A stretch of DNA of 64,000 nucleotides from Cyanobacteriota bacterium (GTDB lineage Bacteria > Cyanobacteriota > Cyanobacteriia > Cyanobacteriales > Nostocaceae), in NCBI GenBank assembly GCA_046045965.1, contig JBJOKS010000016.1, forward strand, positions 32,001 to 96,000. The letters are read 5' to 3'. The translations under genes and the position numbers were made by a program. Below, in pieces: positions 1 to 10,089 of the stretch (positions are counted from its first letter, which is position 1; the number at the start of each line of letters is the position of its first letter). The notes beneath the pieces are model-generated. The model had not been told where the DNA came from. It searched no databases and saw only the letters and a program-made list of their open reading frames with translations.

Positions 1-96
1 TGATCCTTCCTATTCCCTGCATCCACGAAAAATTTATGAATCAAATCGGATGACTATATACATAACATTATTATACCATAAATCTATTTCCTAATC

Positions 97-924
97 TCAC
101 TGTTTATCATCATTTAATATTCTATCTCTAACTCTCTCCATAATTATTCTCTCTTCAACAGATAACCCTGCAAATAAAATTTCATATATCAATGGTACAC
201 CTAATTCTAACTCCTCTAAAAGATGATGCTGACTAAATACATCCTCTGGTGTTCCTTCTAATATCAATCTTCCTTTATCCATGACAAAAACCCAATCTGC
301 CCAACGATAAACTAAATCTAAATCATGGGTGGCTATTAATAAAGTTGTGCCATTACCATGAATTTTTTTGAGCGTATTCATCAAGTTGCGAGTGTGTTTT
401 ATATCTAAATATGCTGTAGGTTCATCTAATATTAAAAGTTGTGGTTCTAATACCATAACATCAGCTATAGAAACTCGTTTTTTCTGTCCTAAACTCAGAT
501 GATGTACAGGCTTTTCGGCTAAACTATTTAGACCAAATTCAAACAATATTTTCTCGACTCTGATTTGAATTTCCGATGGGGATAAGCCCAAATTACACAA
601 CCCATAGGATATATCTTCTTCAACGGTAGATGCGACTAATTGCTGTTCTGGATCTTGAAATACTAAACCAATTTTTTGCCTTAATTGGCTGAGATATTTT
701 CTATGATAACTCAAGGGTTCATTCAACCATTTGATAATTCCCCGATCAGGTTTATATAAACCATTAGCTAATAAAAATAGTGTGGTTTTACCACAACCAT
801 TTTGACCAATTAAGGCACAATTTTTACCGGATGGAATTTTTATATTTAAACCATTTAAAACTGATTGTTGTGTACCTGGATAGGTGTAATATACTTGTTC
901 AAATTCGAGTAAATATTCCTGCAT
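97..924 (-). CDS. cbiO: Cobalt ECF transporter ATPase
   Basis: Walker A GQNGCGKTT, FQDPEQQ Q-loop, LSLGQKKR signature, ILDEP; last gene of the cbiMNQO cluster. Confidence 0.93.
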   Translation of the reverse strand: MQEYLLEFEQVYYTYPGTQQSVLNGLNIKIPSGKNCALIGQNGCGKTTLFLLANGLYKPDRGIIKWLNEPLSYHRKYLSQLRQKIGLVFQDPEQQLVASTVEEDISYGLCNLGLSPSEIQIRVEKILFEFGLNSLAEKPVHHLSLGQKKRVSIADVMVLEPQLLILDEPTAYLDIKHTRNLMNTLKKIHGNGTTLLIATHDLDLVYRWADWVFVMDKGRLILEGTPEDVFSQHHLLEELELGVPLIYEILFAGLSVEERIIMERVRDRILNDDKQ

Positions 925-1711
925 TCCACCCTAATTCTATGACTATTAAGACCAAACAACCACAAATTGCTTCAATAATATATCGTTTGGATAACTTATA
1001 GCGTTGGGGATGCCACACTCGAAATTCTTCTGTCATTCCCCTTGCTGCTAATCCCAAAGAAAAACGATGATATTGTTGTAAAGTACGCTGTAACAATTGT
1101 CCTATTAATATTGCTAAACTTCTCATGCCTATTTTCCAGGTGCGGTAGCCACAACGAGAATTTTGTGCTGTCCATAGTTCATTGGCTGTTTTGAGAAGTA
1201 TGAAAATAAACCGATACATTAATAATAATAAATCGGTTAAAATTGCTGGAAATTTTAAGTATCGTAGTGTTTGTAATAGTTCTGTAAATGGCACAGTTAA
1301 CATGAGGAAATATAAACAAGAAATGGCAGCAAAAGCACGACAAAAAATTGCTAAAGCTTGTACACTGCCACTGTGACTAATGTAAATATAAACAGTACCA
1401 AATTTTAACCCATATATTAAATCTTTTTGTATTTGGGAAAAGTTAGCGAAGTTGACCATATTAATTATTAATGCTGGTAAACTTGTCAACCAGAAAAAAC
1501 TCGCAAATATTAACAACCGCAAATAGATTTTTAAAGGAATTTTAGCATAAACTACTGTCCAAATACCCATCCATAATGATAGTAAAATTTGTACTAATGG
1601 ATGGGTAAAAAGTGCGAGTAACAGCGTAGTAAAGGCAAAGATGATTTTATGTGTTGGGGGAATTTGTCGCAGTTGATTAGTGTAAGCTAAAGTATCTAAT
1701 TTTAAGCTCAT
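899..1711 (-). CDS. cbiQ: Cobalt ECF transporter T component
   Basis: Multi-TM protein with LMYRFIF..AQNSRCGY and LAARG Arg motifs; overlaps the cbiO start. Confidence 0.92.
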   Translation of the reverse strand: MSLKLDTLAYTNQLRQIPPTHKIIFAFTTLLLALFTHPLVQILLSLWMGIWTVVYAKIPLKIYLRLLIFASFFWLTSLPALIINMVNFANFSQIQKDLIYGLKFGTVYIYISHSGSVQALAIFCRAFAAISCLYFLMLTVPFTELLQTLRYLKFPAILTDLLLLMYRFIFILLKTANELWTAQNSRCGYRTWKIGMRSLAILIGQLLQRTLQQYHRFSLGLAARGMTEEFRVWHPQRYKLSKRYIIEAICGCLVLIVIELGWNAGIFTRI

Positions 1712-1736
1712 TTTGTAAAATCATCAAAACAATCAG

Positions 1737-1884
1737 GGTAAGCATTCAGCTATCAGTAATCAGCTTATAACGGCAAAAACAAAGATTTAGCAGCATTAAC
1801 TGAGGAATTTTACACTTTGTGCATTTGTGAGTATTGTTTGTATTTTAGCCTTGATAGCTGATAGCTGACGGCTGAATACTTACC
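1737..1884. mobile_element. MITE-like inverted-repeat element between cbiN and cbiQ
   Basis: Left end GGTAAGCATTCAGCTATCAG and right end CTGACGGCTGAATACTTACC are imperfect inverted repeats; non-coding interior. Confidence 0.55.
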
Positions 1885-1965
1885 AATCATGTCTAAAACT
1901 TCGCATTTGAAAACGTTTTGGAATCGGGGTTTAAATTCCCTTTTTAAAACTACCTTCTACCTTCA

Positions 1966-2268
1966 TTATTTTTCATGTTTTTGTTGTTGAGAACGTCCTT
2001 TATACAAACCAATGGCATAACCAATTACTCCCGCACCTATAGCAGCTTGAGCAGAAAAGAATAAACTGGCTACTTCCCCACTAGGAGGTTCAAATATTGA
2101 TTGAAACCAGGGTTGATATTCGGGTTGAATTTCGTTAATGGCGGACTTGGCTTGGTCATCTGCACCACCAAATTCAGCATTTTTGACTAATATTAGGGGG
2201 GCAAATGCTAAAGCAAATACGGTTAACACTAATAACCAATTATTTAACCCTTGTTTAGACTGATTCAT
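1966..2268 (-). CDS. cbiN: Cobalt transport protein CbiN
   Basis: EFGGADDQA...[28 protein letters not shown] motif; two TM helices. Confidence 0.93.
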   Translation of the reverse strand: MNQSKQGLNNWLLVLTVFALAFAPLILVKNAEFGGADDQAKSAINEIQPEYQPWFQSIFEPPSGEVASLFFSAQAAIGAGVIGYAIGLYKGRSQQQKHEK

Positions 2269-3034
2269 TACTTTGAGTTCCCAGTTTGATTAACTTTAGC
2301 AATTCTAATTCTTGAGGATTATAGGATTGTAACCAATTCCATACCAACACAGTGAGCAGTCCTTCACTAATAGCTAAAGGAATTTGAGTAATAGCAAAGA
2401 TACCAGCGAACTTGGTAAATGAAGCGATAAAACCACCAACGGGTGCAGGAAAAGCTAAAGCAAGTTGAATGGAAGTAATAATGTAGGTGAGTAAATTTGC
2501 GATTGCAGCTGATAAAAAGATGGCAATTCTTTGTTTACCACCAAACCGAATGATCAGATGATATATCCAGTAGGCGGCAAATGGTCCGGCGATCGCCATC
2601 GAAAAAGCATTTGCTCCCAGAGTTGTTAAACCACCATGTGCCAATAACAAAGCTTGAAACAATAATACCAAGCTACCTAAAACCGTCATTGTCAAAGGTC
2701 CAAACAGCACCGCACCTAACCCTGTACCTGTGGGGTGAGAACAACTACCTGTCACAGAAGGAATTTTTAAAGCTGACAAGACAAAAGTAAAAGCACCAGC
2801 TAACGCTAACAATAGTTTTAATTCTGGGTTAGCTTGAGTAATCCGAGTCAAACTCCGCAAACCGAAAATAAAAAATGGTAATGCTACAACCCACCAAAAA
2901 ACCGCCCATTGCACTGGCAAAAAACCTTCCATAATGTGCATTGCATAGGCAGGTTTAGGAAAACCAACTACTAAATAAAAACTAATAACTGCCATTAGGG
3001 TTAGACTCATCAAACCCCGTTTTTTTATGGACAT
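2255..3034 (-). CDS. cbiM: Cobalt ECF S component CbiM with N-terminal signal peptide
   Basis: [12 protein letters not shown] mature N-terminus and GSCSHPTG motif; start moved to ATG 3034, which has a GAGGT RBS (the longer ORF begins inside the riboswitch). Confidence 0.93.
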   Translation of the reverse strand: MSIKKRGLMSLTLMAVISFYLVVGFPKPAYAMHIMEGFLPVQWAVFWWVVALPFFIFGLRSLTRITQANPELKLLLALAGAFTFVLSALKIPSVTGSCSHPTGTGLGAVLFGPLTMTVLGSLVLLFQALLLAHGGLTTLGANAFSMAIAGPFAAYWIYHLIIRFGGKQRIAIFLSAAIANLLTYIITSIQLALAFPAPVGGFIASFTKFAGIFAITQIPLAISEGLLTVLVWNWLQSYNPQELELLKLIKLGTQSNESV

Positions 3035-3069
3035 AATCTGTACCTCGCAGATTGATGTAAAAGTATTTT

Positions 3070-3190
3070 CATCGGCGGGCATCCTGACTCACCATTCATT
3101 AGTTTGGCTTACAGTTGCGGGACAGCGCCGGATTTGCACCGGACTTTCCCCCTTGCGTCCAATGACTGCTGCTCATCAGAACCGATGGGA
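3070..3190 (-). ncRNA. Cobalamin (B12) riboswitch
   Basis: Minus strand reads GGTTC...AAGGGGGAAAGTCCGGTGCAAATCCGGCGCTGTCCCGCAACTGTAA...GAGTCAGGATGCCCGCC (B12 box and P4-P6 core), directly upstream of cbiM; boundaries approximate. Confidence 0.93.
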
Positions 3191-3297
3191 GTAACAATAT
3201 CATGACTAAGGCTAGTTGCTAGTAAAGTTTTGCAAATATAGCAGGTAGTCAGGAGTTAGAAGTCAGGAGTCAGGAGTCAGAAGTTAGAAGTTAGAAG

Positions 3298-4011
3298 TCA
3301 GGAATATTTACCCAATTTTCCCTGATTTTCACATTTAAAGCCACGTTTTTGCCAAGCTTGCATATCCACATCTATCAGTTTTGTTACTTGTGAGCATTGG
3401 GGCTGAATAAATTGACTGGGTATTGTCCACAACAAACTCCGTGTTACATCTAATGCAGTTTTTAACCAATATTCCCGATTACCAGGAACACCTATTTCCT
3501 TTGGTACTTCTGGTTCTATCCAAATTCCATGAGATCCTAAAATAATTTGTGCCATCAACTTGGATCGCAAGACATGAGAGCCTGAAGTAATTAATTTGAC
3601 CTTGTGTACTTTCCAACGCTGCAAAATTGGTAGACTATAATAAAAATTTTCAAAGGTAGAATTAGCACAATTTTCTAACCAGACCTTTTGTAAATCTTGT
3701 AAATCTGCTGCTTCCCTTTGAAAAATAATCTTAATACATGGTTCTGGAGAACCTTGAGAAATGAGAATGGGAGTTTGCGGAAATTGTTTCGCTAGTTGAG
3801 CGACATAAATTTCCCGACGAATACTACCACCAAGGACAAACAAGGCATCTACAGGCTGTGAAGAAGCAGAAACTAAGGTTATAGTAGTAGAAATTAACCA
3901 AACCAACAGGATTAAACCCAAACCAAACTTAATCTTTTGTAACAATCGCCACAGTTTTCTGAATCTAATCAGCCGAGAAACTGATGATTTGATGGTAGAT
4001 TTGTGCTTCAT
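3298..4011 (-). CDS. YdcF/DUF218 family membrane-anchored protein
   Basis: N-terminal TM, VLGG, ENCANSTFEN, LITSGSH motifs. Confidence 0.8.
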   Translation of the reverse strand: MKHKSTIKSSVSRLIRFRKLWRLLQKIKFGLGLILLVWLISTTITLVSASSQPVDALFVLGGSIRREIYVAQLAKQFPQTPILISQGSPEPCIKIIFQREAADLQDLQKVWLENCANSTFENFYYSLPILQRWKVHKVKLITSGSHVLRSKLMAQIILGSHGIWIEPEVPKEIGVPGNREYWLKTALDVTRSLLWTIPSQFIQPQCSQVTKLIDVDMQAWQKRGFKCENQGKLGKYS

Positions 4012-4333
4012 AACATAGAAAATTCAAGCTTTATTGTTTAATATTGAAAAAACCTGCCATCAAGTCAACAAAGTGCTATCTTAGGAAAAGGATTTGATCT
4101 GGAAAGACAAAGGAGTGATGAGAGTCACACTACTGATCTGGTTGATTTTCCAGTAAACCAACCAAATCCTAATGATAAATATTAATAAAAAGGCAGTAAT
4201 TTCCACATCATTTACAAAGGAAAAAAATGATGGATTAAGCATAGCTCATAAGTAGAGTATAAAAACTTAACAAGTTCAGGAAAGCCTGATTGCTAAACAC
4301 TCAACAATACAATTATTTATTCCATCTGTATAC

Positions 4334-5683
4334 ATGAATCAATCTGCGAAACGTCACTCACCGCTCCAAGCAGCCTTGATTGGTGGAGCGATCGCTACAA
4401 CTGCCACTATATCTGTATTTGGTCAAGCCTGGACAAAATGTGTTCATGCTGCTCTACAAGATAGTCCAAAAGCTTTAGTTGACCAAGTATGGCAACTGGT
4501 GAATCGTGAATATGTTGATGGCAAATTTAATCAACAAGATTGGCAAGCAATTAGGCAAAGCCTATTAAGCAAAGACTACACTTCCAATGAACAAGCTTAT
4601 GTAGCGATTCGCCAAGCATTGCAAAGATTAGGTGATCCTTACACGCGGTTCATGGACCCCAAACAATTTGAAACCCTCACCAGTCAAACATCTGGGGAAG
4701 TTTCAGGAATTGGTATTCGCATGGAAATCAACGAAAAAACCAAGCGATTGACAGTTGTTGAACCTATAGAAAATTCTCCAGCCCAAAAAGCAGGTATCCA
4801 AGCCGGAGATGAAATTTTAGCAATTAACGGTAAACCCACTCTCAAGATGAAAGTGGATGACGCATCTAATTTAATTCGCGGCAAAGCGGGTACTGCTATC
4901 ACCTTACGACTGGTAAGACCAGGGAAAAATGAGTTTGATGTCAAGCTGACAAGGGCAAATATCGAAGTTCCTACAGTGCGTTATACCCTCAAGCAAGACG
5001 GTGGCCGTCGCATTGGCTATATTCGGTTAAGGGAGTTTAGCGGCCACGCCGCTGATCAGATGCGTAGAGCGATTCGTGACTTGAACAATCAAAAAGTCGA
5101 TTCCTATGTATTAGATTTACGAGGAAACCCTGGCGGTTTGTTGCAAGCAAGCATTGAAATAGCACGGATGTGGCTAGATAATGGCGGCATTGTCAAGACG
5201 GTAGATCGTGTGGGAGGTAGTGAAGAAACTAAAGCCAATCGCACAGCCTTGACAAATCGACCCTTAGCGGTGCTTGTAGATGGTAATTCTGCCAGTGCTA
5301 GTGAAATTCTCACCGGCGCACTCAAAGATAATAACCGGGCGGTAGTTGTAGGTAGTCCAACCTTTGGTAAAGCCTTAGTGCAGTCAGTCCATGAACTCGC
5401 GGATGGTTCTGGGTTAGCGGTAACTATTGCCCACTACTACACCCCCAAAGGCACAGATATCAACAAAAAGGGCATTATACCTGATATTCAGCTAGATTTG
5501 ACGGAAGCACAAGAGCTTCAGTTGGCTGCTAATCCCAATTTAATCGGGACTTTGAGTGATCCACAATATGCTCGTGCTATTGTTGCGCTCTCTAATACAA
5601 AATTTGCTCAACCTTCCATACCTTCTCAAACTTCTCAAACTTCCCAACCTCTGAGCGTTCGCGCTGAAGATTTGAAATTTTAA
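4334..5683 (+). CDS. ctpB: Carboxyl-terminal processing protease (S41, PDZ domain)
   Basis: LGDPYTRF, GIGI PDZ, DLRGNPGGLL, SASASEI (catalytic Ser), TFGKALVQ; CtpB-type N-terminus. Confidence 0.88.
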   Translation: MNQSAKRHSPLQAALIGGAIATTATISVFGQAWTKCVHAALQDSPKALVDQVWQLVNREYVDGKFNQQDWQAIRQSLLSKDYTSNEQAYVAIRQALQRLGDPYTRFMDPKQFETLTSQTSGEVSGIGIRMEINEKTKRLTVVEPIENSPAQKAGIQAGDEILAINGKPTLKMKVDDASNLIRGKAGTAITLRLVRPGKNEFDVKLTRANIEVPTVRYTLKQDGGRRIGYIRLREFSGHAADQMRRAIRDLNNQKVDSYVLDLRGNPGGLLQASIEIARMWLDNGGIVKTVDRVGGSEETKANRTALTNRPLAVLVDGNSASASEILTGALKDNNRAVVVGSPTFGKALVQSVHELADGSGLAVTIAHYYTPKGTDINKKGIIPDIQLDLTEAQELQLAANPNLIGTLSDPQYARAIVALSNTKFAQPSIPSQTSQTSQPLSVRAEDLKF

Positions 5684-5713
5684 TTTAAGGAGTCAGGAGT
5701 TAGGAGTCAGTGA

Positions 5714-5742
5714 GTAGGGGTTTAGCGATGCTCAACCCGTAC
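5714..5742. repeat. REP-like palindrome GTAGGGGTTTAGC...GCTCAACCCGTAC
   Basis: Related copies at 37047-37072 and 47808-47833, each just beyond a gene 3' end. Confidence 0.65.
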
Positions 5743-5852
5743 AGGAGTCAGAAGTAAAGATTGGAAAAATAAGATCCCCGATTTCTCTATGAAGTTGGGG
5801 ATTTGATATTATATAGTATAAATATTTATAAGTAAATAAAAAGATCAGATGT

Positions 5853-6821
5853 ATGAATTATCAGACTGAAGAAACAAGAAAAACCGAAGATTTTTTACCC
5901 AAAGTTTCGGTAGTTATTCCTATTTATAATGGTGAGTCAGATTTACCAGACTTGCTGAGTTGCCTATTTTCGCAAACTTATCCGCAAGAACAGGTAGAAT
6001 ATTTATTAGTAGATAATAATAGCAGCGATCGCACCCTCTCCATTCTGCAAACAACCGCTGAAAATTCCCCTATTACTATTCGTCCTTTAAGTGAAAATAA
6101 TATTCAAAGTTCCTATGCAGCTCGCAACACAGGTATTAAAGCCGCTAATGGTGAAATTATTGCCTTTACCGATGCAGATTGTCGTCCCCAACCCCAATGG
6201 TTACACACATTAATTCAGCCTTTTATAAATTCAGAAATTGTAATTGTCGCTGGGGAAATTGTCGCACTTCCAGGAAAAAGTTTATTAGAAAAATTTGCAG
6301 ACAAACAAGAAACTTTATCTCAAAAACATACCCTTTCCCATAAATTTTGTTCTTATGGACAAACTGCAAATTTAGCCATTCGTCGTCATATTTTCCACAC
6401 TTCAGGTTTATTTCGTCCCTATTTAAGCACAGGAGGAGATGCAGATATTTGTTGGCGAATTCTCAAAGCTAATCTTGGTAAATTAGAATTTGCTCCCAAC
6501 GCTATTGTTCAACACCGTCACCGATTAACAATGAAAGAATTAGCCAGTCAATGGCGACGTTATGGGCGTTCTAATCGCTATTTACATGAATTGCATAATA
6601 TAGAATTAACGCGAGAAATGAAAACAAAAGAATATGGTTATATTCTCCTGCGTTGGTTATTAAAAGAAGTCCCCAGGGAAAGCATTAAAAATATTATGGG
6701 TAAATCTAATTTTGTAGATTTGTTAAATACTCCTTTGGGTTTATTTACAGGTAGAGAAAGAAGTATTGGACAAAGAGAAGCGAAATTACCAGAAAATGCC
6801 AAGATAATTGAATGGTTGTAA
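5853..6821 (+). CDS. Glycosyltransferase family 2
   Basis: VSVVIPIYN, VDNNSSD, ARNTG, FTDADC (DxD), QWRRY motifs. Confidence 0.88.
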   Translation: MNYQTEETRKTEDFLPKVSVVIPIYNGESDLPDLLSCLFSQTYPQEQVEYLLVDNNSSDRTLSILQTTAENSPITIRPLSENNIQSSYAARNTGIKAANGEIIAFTDADCRPQPQWLHTLIQPFINSEIVIVAGEIVALPGKSLLEKFADKQETLSQKHTLSHKFCSYGQTANLAIRRHIFHTSGLFRPYLSTGGDADICWRILKANLGKLEFAPNAIVQHRHRLTMKELASQWRRYGRSNRYLHELHNIELTREMKTKEYGYILLRWLLKEVPRESIKNIMGKSNFVDLLNTPLGLFTGRERSIGQREAKLPENAKIIEWL

Positions 6822-7076
6822 GTTTGTAAATTTAGAAATTGATGGATAATTATAATTAAACGTGCGGTGATGACAAAAACAATCTTAAATAAAACTCTTG
6901 TGGTACGGGCATCTTGCCCGTCCAAGTTGTGCAAATAGCCTTGTTAACACAAAATAGCGCCTACTCAAGCACTTCTGTGTCATACTTCAAATCTCCCTCA
7001 TCCCTATTACCCAATCCTGACCAAATTTCGCTAAATTAGAAAAAGGATATCAACAGTAAATCTAAGGGAATTTTCA

Positions 7077-7772
7077 ATGTCAGCACAATTGTTACTGGTA
7101 GATGACGAACCTGGGTTACGGGAAGCCGTGAAAGAATATTTACAAGAAAGCGGCTTCAGCGTTCAAACTGCCAGTAACGCTCGTGAAGGTTGGGACTTGA
7201 TGCAGCAAAATACACCTGATTTAGTAATTTCTGATATTATGATGCCCCAGGTGGATGGTTATCAGTTCCTCAAGCAGCTGCGAGATGACCCCCGCTTTCA
7301 GGCATTACCAGTGGTATTTTTAACCGCTAAAGGCATGACAGGCGATCGCATCCAAGGATATCAAGCAGGAGTTGACGCTTATCTACCCAAACCATTTGAT
7401 CCTGACGAATTAATAGCCATTGTGGAAAACCTGCTACTCCGTCGCACAGCTCAAGCACCAGCTATCGGTGAAGATAGTGAAAACATGGACATTGCTAAAT
7501 TAGCCCATGAAATTTCCAAAATTAAAGATTTGTTAAGTCCCAGAACAGGTATTTCTCAAACTCCACCTCCATTTAAAATTGATTTGACCCCCAGAGAGCA
7601 AAGTGTATTAAACCTTGTGGCACAAGGATTGATGAACAAAGAAATCGCTCGGCGCTTGGAAACCAGCGTCCGCAACGTCGAAAAATACGTTAGCCGTTTA
7701 TTTAGTAAAACAGGTACTAATAGCCGTACAGAACTAGTGCGTTTTGCTTTAGAACATGGACTAGCTCAGTAG
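7077..7772 (+). CDS. ycf29: NarL/LuxR-family response regulator (Ycf29/Rre1-like)
   Basis: Receiver domain (VDDE, DIMMP, KPF) plus C-terminal LuxR HTH LTPREQSVL..GLMNKEIA..RNVEKYVSRLFSKT. Confidence 0.8.
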   Translation: MSAQLLLVDDEPGLREAVKEYLQESGFSVQTASNAREGWDLMQQNTPDLVISDIMMPQVDGYQFLKQLRDDPRFQALPVVFLTAKGMTGDRIQGYQAGVDAYLPKPFDPDELIAIVENLLLRRTAQAPAIGEDSENMDIAKLAHEISKIKDLLSPRTGISQTPPPFKIDLTPREQSVLNLVAQGLMNKEIARRLETSVRNVEKYVSRLFSKTGTNSRTELVRFALEHGLAQ

Positions 7773-8108
7773 CAGCAAACGACAACATAATGTCACCATT
7801 TTCAGGAGGAGTTCCGATGACGACTTGCGTATTCAAATTGAATTAAAACGATTGGTAAAATGCACCTGGTTGAGTTTGCTACCAAACTCTGCTAAATGGG
7901 TTGTTGTGATTGAAACGGAACCCTAGTTTTCGTGAAATTCCCCTGAGTATAAATTTTAAACAACCCTAACCCAAAATTTAAGCAAGCGATGACCGCAGGA
8001 ACAGACATCCAGATTTTCTGGTAGTACAACTGCTAGGGGTTAATGTAGATGCTGAGTTGAACTTCTAAGTTATCTTCTTGCTTGTAGTTATAGAGTTAAA
8101 TTATCTCT

Positions 8109-8390
8109 CTATTGGCTGTTATCAACAAAGTTTCTTAAGCGCATCAGTTGTCTTCTCATCTGAGGTGAGGCTTTGAACTCAGAAACCTCCTGCGCTTTCA
8201 CAGACGCTTGTAGTGTTTCCAAAAAGTCATCAGATCCCTCAGTGAGTGCGTCCAGTAGCACCTGCAAAAGTTGTTCGCGATCGCCCAACAGACTCTTTTC
8301 CTCAATCAAGCGGAACTTTAGATGTATTTCGCACTCATAAACACCTACTTCGAGATTATTGATTTGACGCGGTAATGCTTTAGAGTTCAT
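8109..8390 (-). CDS. Asr1734/Npun_R1517-family negative regulator of heterocyst differentiation
   Basis: 93-aa protein with GVYECEIHLKFRLIEEK and ASPQMRRQLMRLRN; lies next to ndhM and a prpJ-like gene as recalled for PCC 7120. Confidence 0.8.
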   Translation of the reverse strand: MNSKALPRQINNLEVGVYECEIHLKFRLIEEKSLLGDREQLLQVLLDALTEGSDDFLETLQASVKAQEVSEFKASPQMRRQLMRLRNFVDNSQ

Positions 8391-9416
8391 AGTTTTGAGG
8401 ATTCCTTTACTTGGTGTTTATACAGGTGAGGAGCTAAAATATCCAGAAAAAAAATTCTTTATATTTCTTTTAAATACAAAGAAGTTTTGAATGTAAGAGT
8501 TTTTCCTCATCCATCAAATTTGCATTCCATTTCTCACTCCCCCCTATTTTTATTCCAAACCGATTTTTACTTTCTGGGTTTTGATCTTCCTGCGGTAGTT
8601 TTGGCATATCTAAGTCATACACTATTATTCAGTTTTTAAGATTCTATACAATAAAGTTTCTGTAAGAACTTGTCCAACCTTTTTAAAAGTTTTTACACCA
8701 ACTTTATCTAAACGTCAATAGCTGTTCAATTATTACAGACTCAGCGGTAATTTTACTTAAATAAAATTGCTGTAATTTTTCCTTTTATCAAAGCTAGATA
8801 ACATTTTAGGCAATTTAGGTGAAATTAATAAAGTAATCCTTTTTATCAGTAAATTTTGGAGGGTGTAAATCAGTAAATTTATGAACTCTAAAAATTTGGT
8901 TGTGGATAATCACATACACAGGGAACTAGCTTATTTTAGCCCGTAATTTTACAAAATAGTATTGCTAGTTTTAAATATTACTAGCTTTACTGAATTATCT
9001 CATCAACTTCAACAAAGTATCTGTTTGAGTTTTGGACTCTTGCTCACCTTGCTCACAATATTGCTTGACCAATTCTTTTTCCGCTTCAGTGGTTCAATAA
9101 GTAATTATTTTTTCAGGTATGACCACAATCAGATACCGCTATGATCTATGGGTTATGAGATACAAACACTGGACTGGGGACTGGGGAGATAAATCGAGTC
9201 AAAAGTCAAAAGTCAAAATTAAAGAACTTCTGCCTCCTGCCTATTGCCTTTTCCCACTGACAGATGACTAATGTAAAGAAATATGAAAAAGCTAAAACCC
9301 TCTAGGCTGGCTGGGAAAATAAAACTGCGCTCCAAGCTTGTAAGTTGAGACAATTAAGCTCAAGCAGAGCCGTTAAAATAATGGCAGTGTAATTAACCGA
9401 AATCTTACACCTTTTT

Positions 9417-9773
9417 ATGGATAACCCGATGCTGCTCAAGTCCACAACCCGTCATATTCGCATTTTTGCGGCAGAGATGGACAAGGATGAACTAGTTCCA
9501 AGCAATCATGTCTTAACGTTAGATGTTGATCCAGACAACGAATTTAACTGGAATGAAGACACGCTACAAAAAGTTTATCGCAAGTTTGATGAACTAGTAG
9601 AAGCTTCCAGTGGTGTAGACCTAACAGATTATAACTTGCGTCGGATTGGGTCAGACCTAGAGCATTTTCTGCGATCGCTCTTACAGAAAGGTGAAATTAG
9701 CTACAATCTCTCTAGCCGTGTTACTAACTACAGCATGGGACTACCCCAAGTTGCAGCCAACGCAAATCAATAA
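9417..9773 (+). CDS. ndhM: NAD(P)H-quinone oxidoreductase subunit M
   Basis: [44 protein letters not shown]. Confidence 0.95.
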   Translation: MDNPMLLKSTTRHIRIFAAEMDKDELVPSNHVLTLDVDPDNEFNWNEDTLQKVYRKFDELVEASSGVDLTDYNLRRIGSDLEHFLRSLLQKGEISYNLSSRVTNYSMGLPQVAANANQ

Positions 9774-10089
9774 GGTTGAGAGTTATGGTGGATGAGTTAG
9801 AGATTTATAACTCCAGTTATAGATTTATAACTCATAACTCACAAACAAATTAGGGACATGGCAAACCAGCCCCTCAAAGGTAGCTATGCTGGAAGGCATG
9901 GGAGAAAAAGCCAGGGTGCAGGGGAGCAGGGTGCTCGGGAGCAGGGTGCTGGGAGAAAAGTTCCCAATTCTCAATTCCTGGTCCCTGGTCCCTAATCCCC
10001 TATGATGTTAAGTACAAAAACACCAGCGGACTAAATTACCGCTGCTATGCTGTTGAATAAATTGCCAATCGCTGATCGGTGCGACAAAT

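Noticed and set aside
8962..9144. 60-aa ORF in the asr1734-ndhM divergent spacer
   Set aside because: TTG start, no RBS or motif; more likely promoter DNA.
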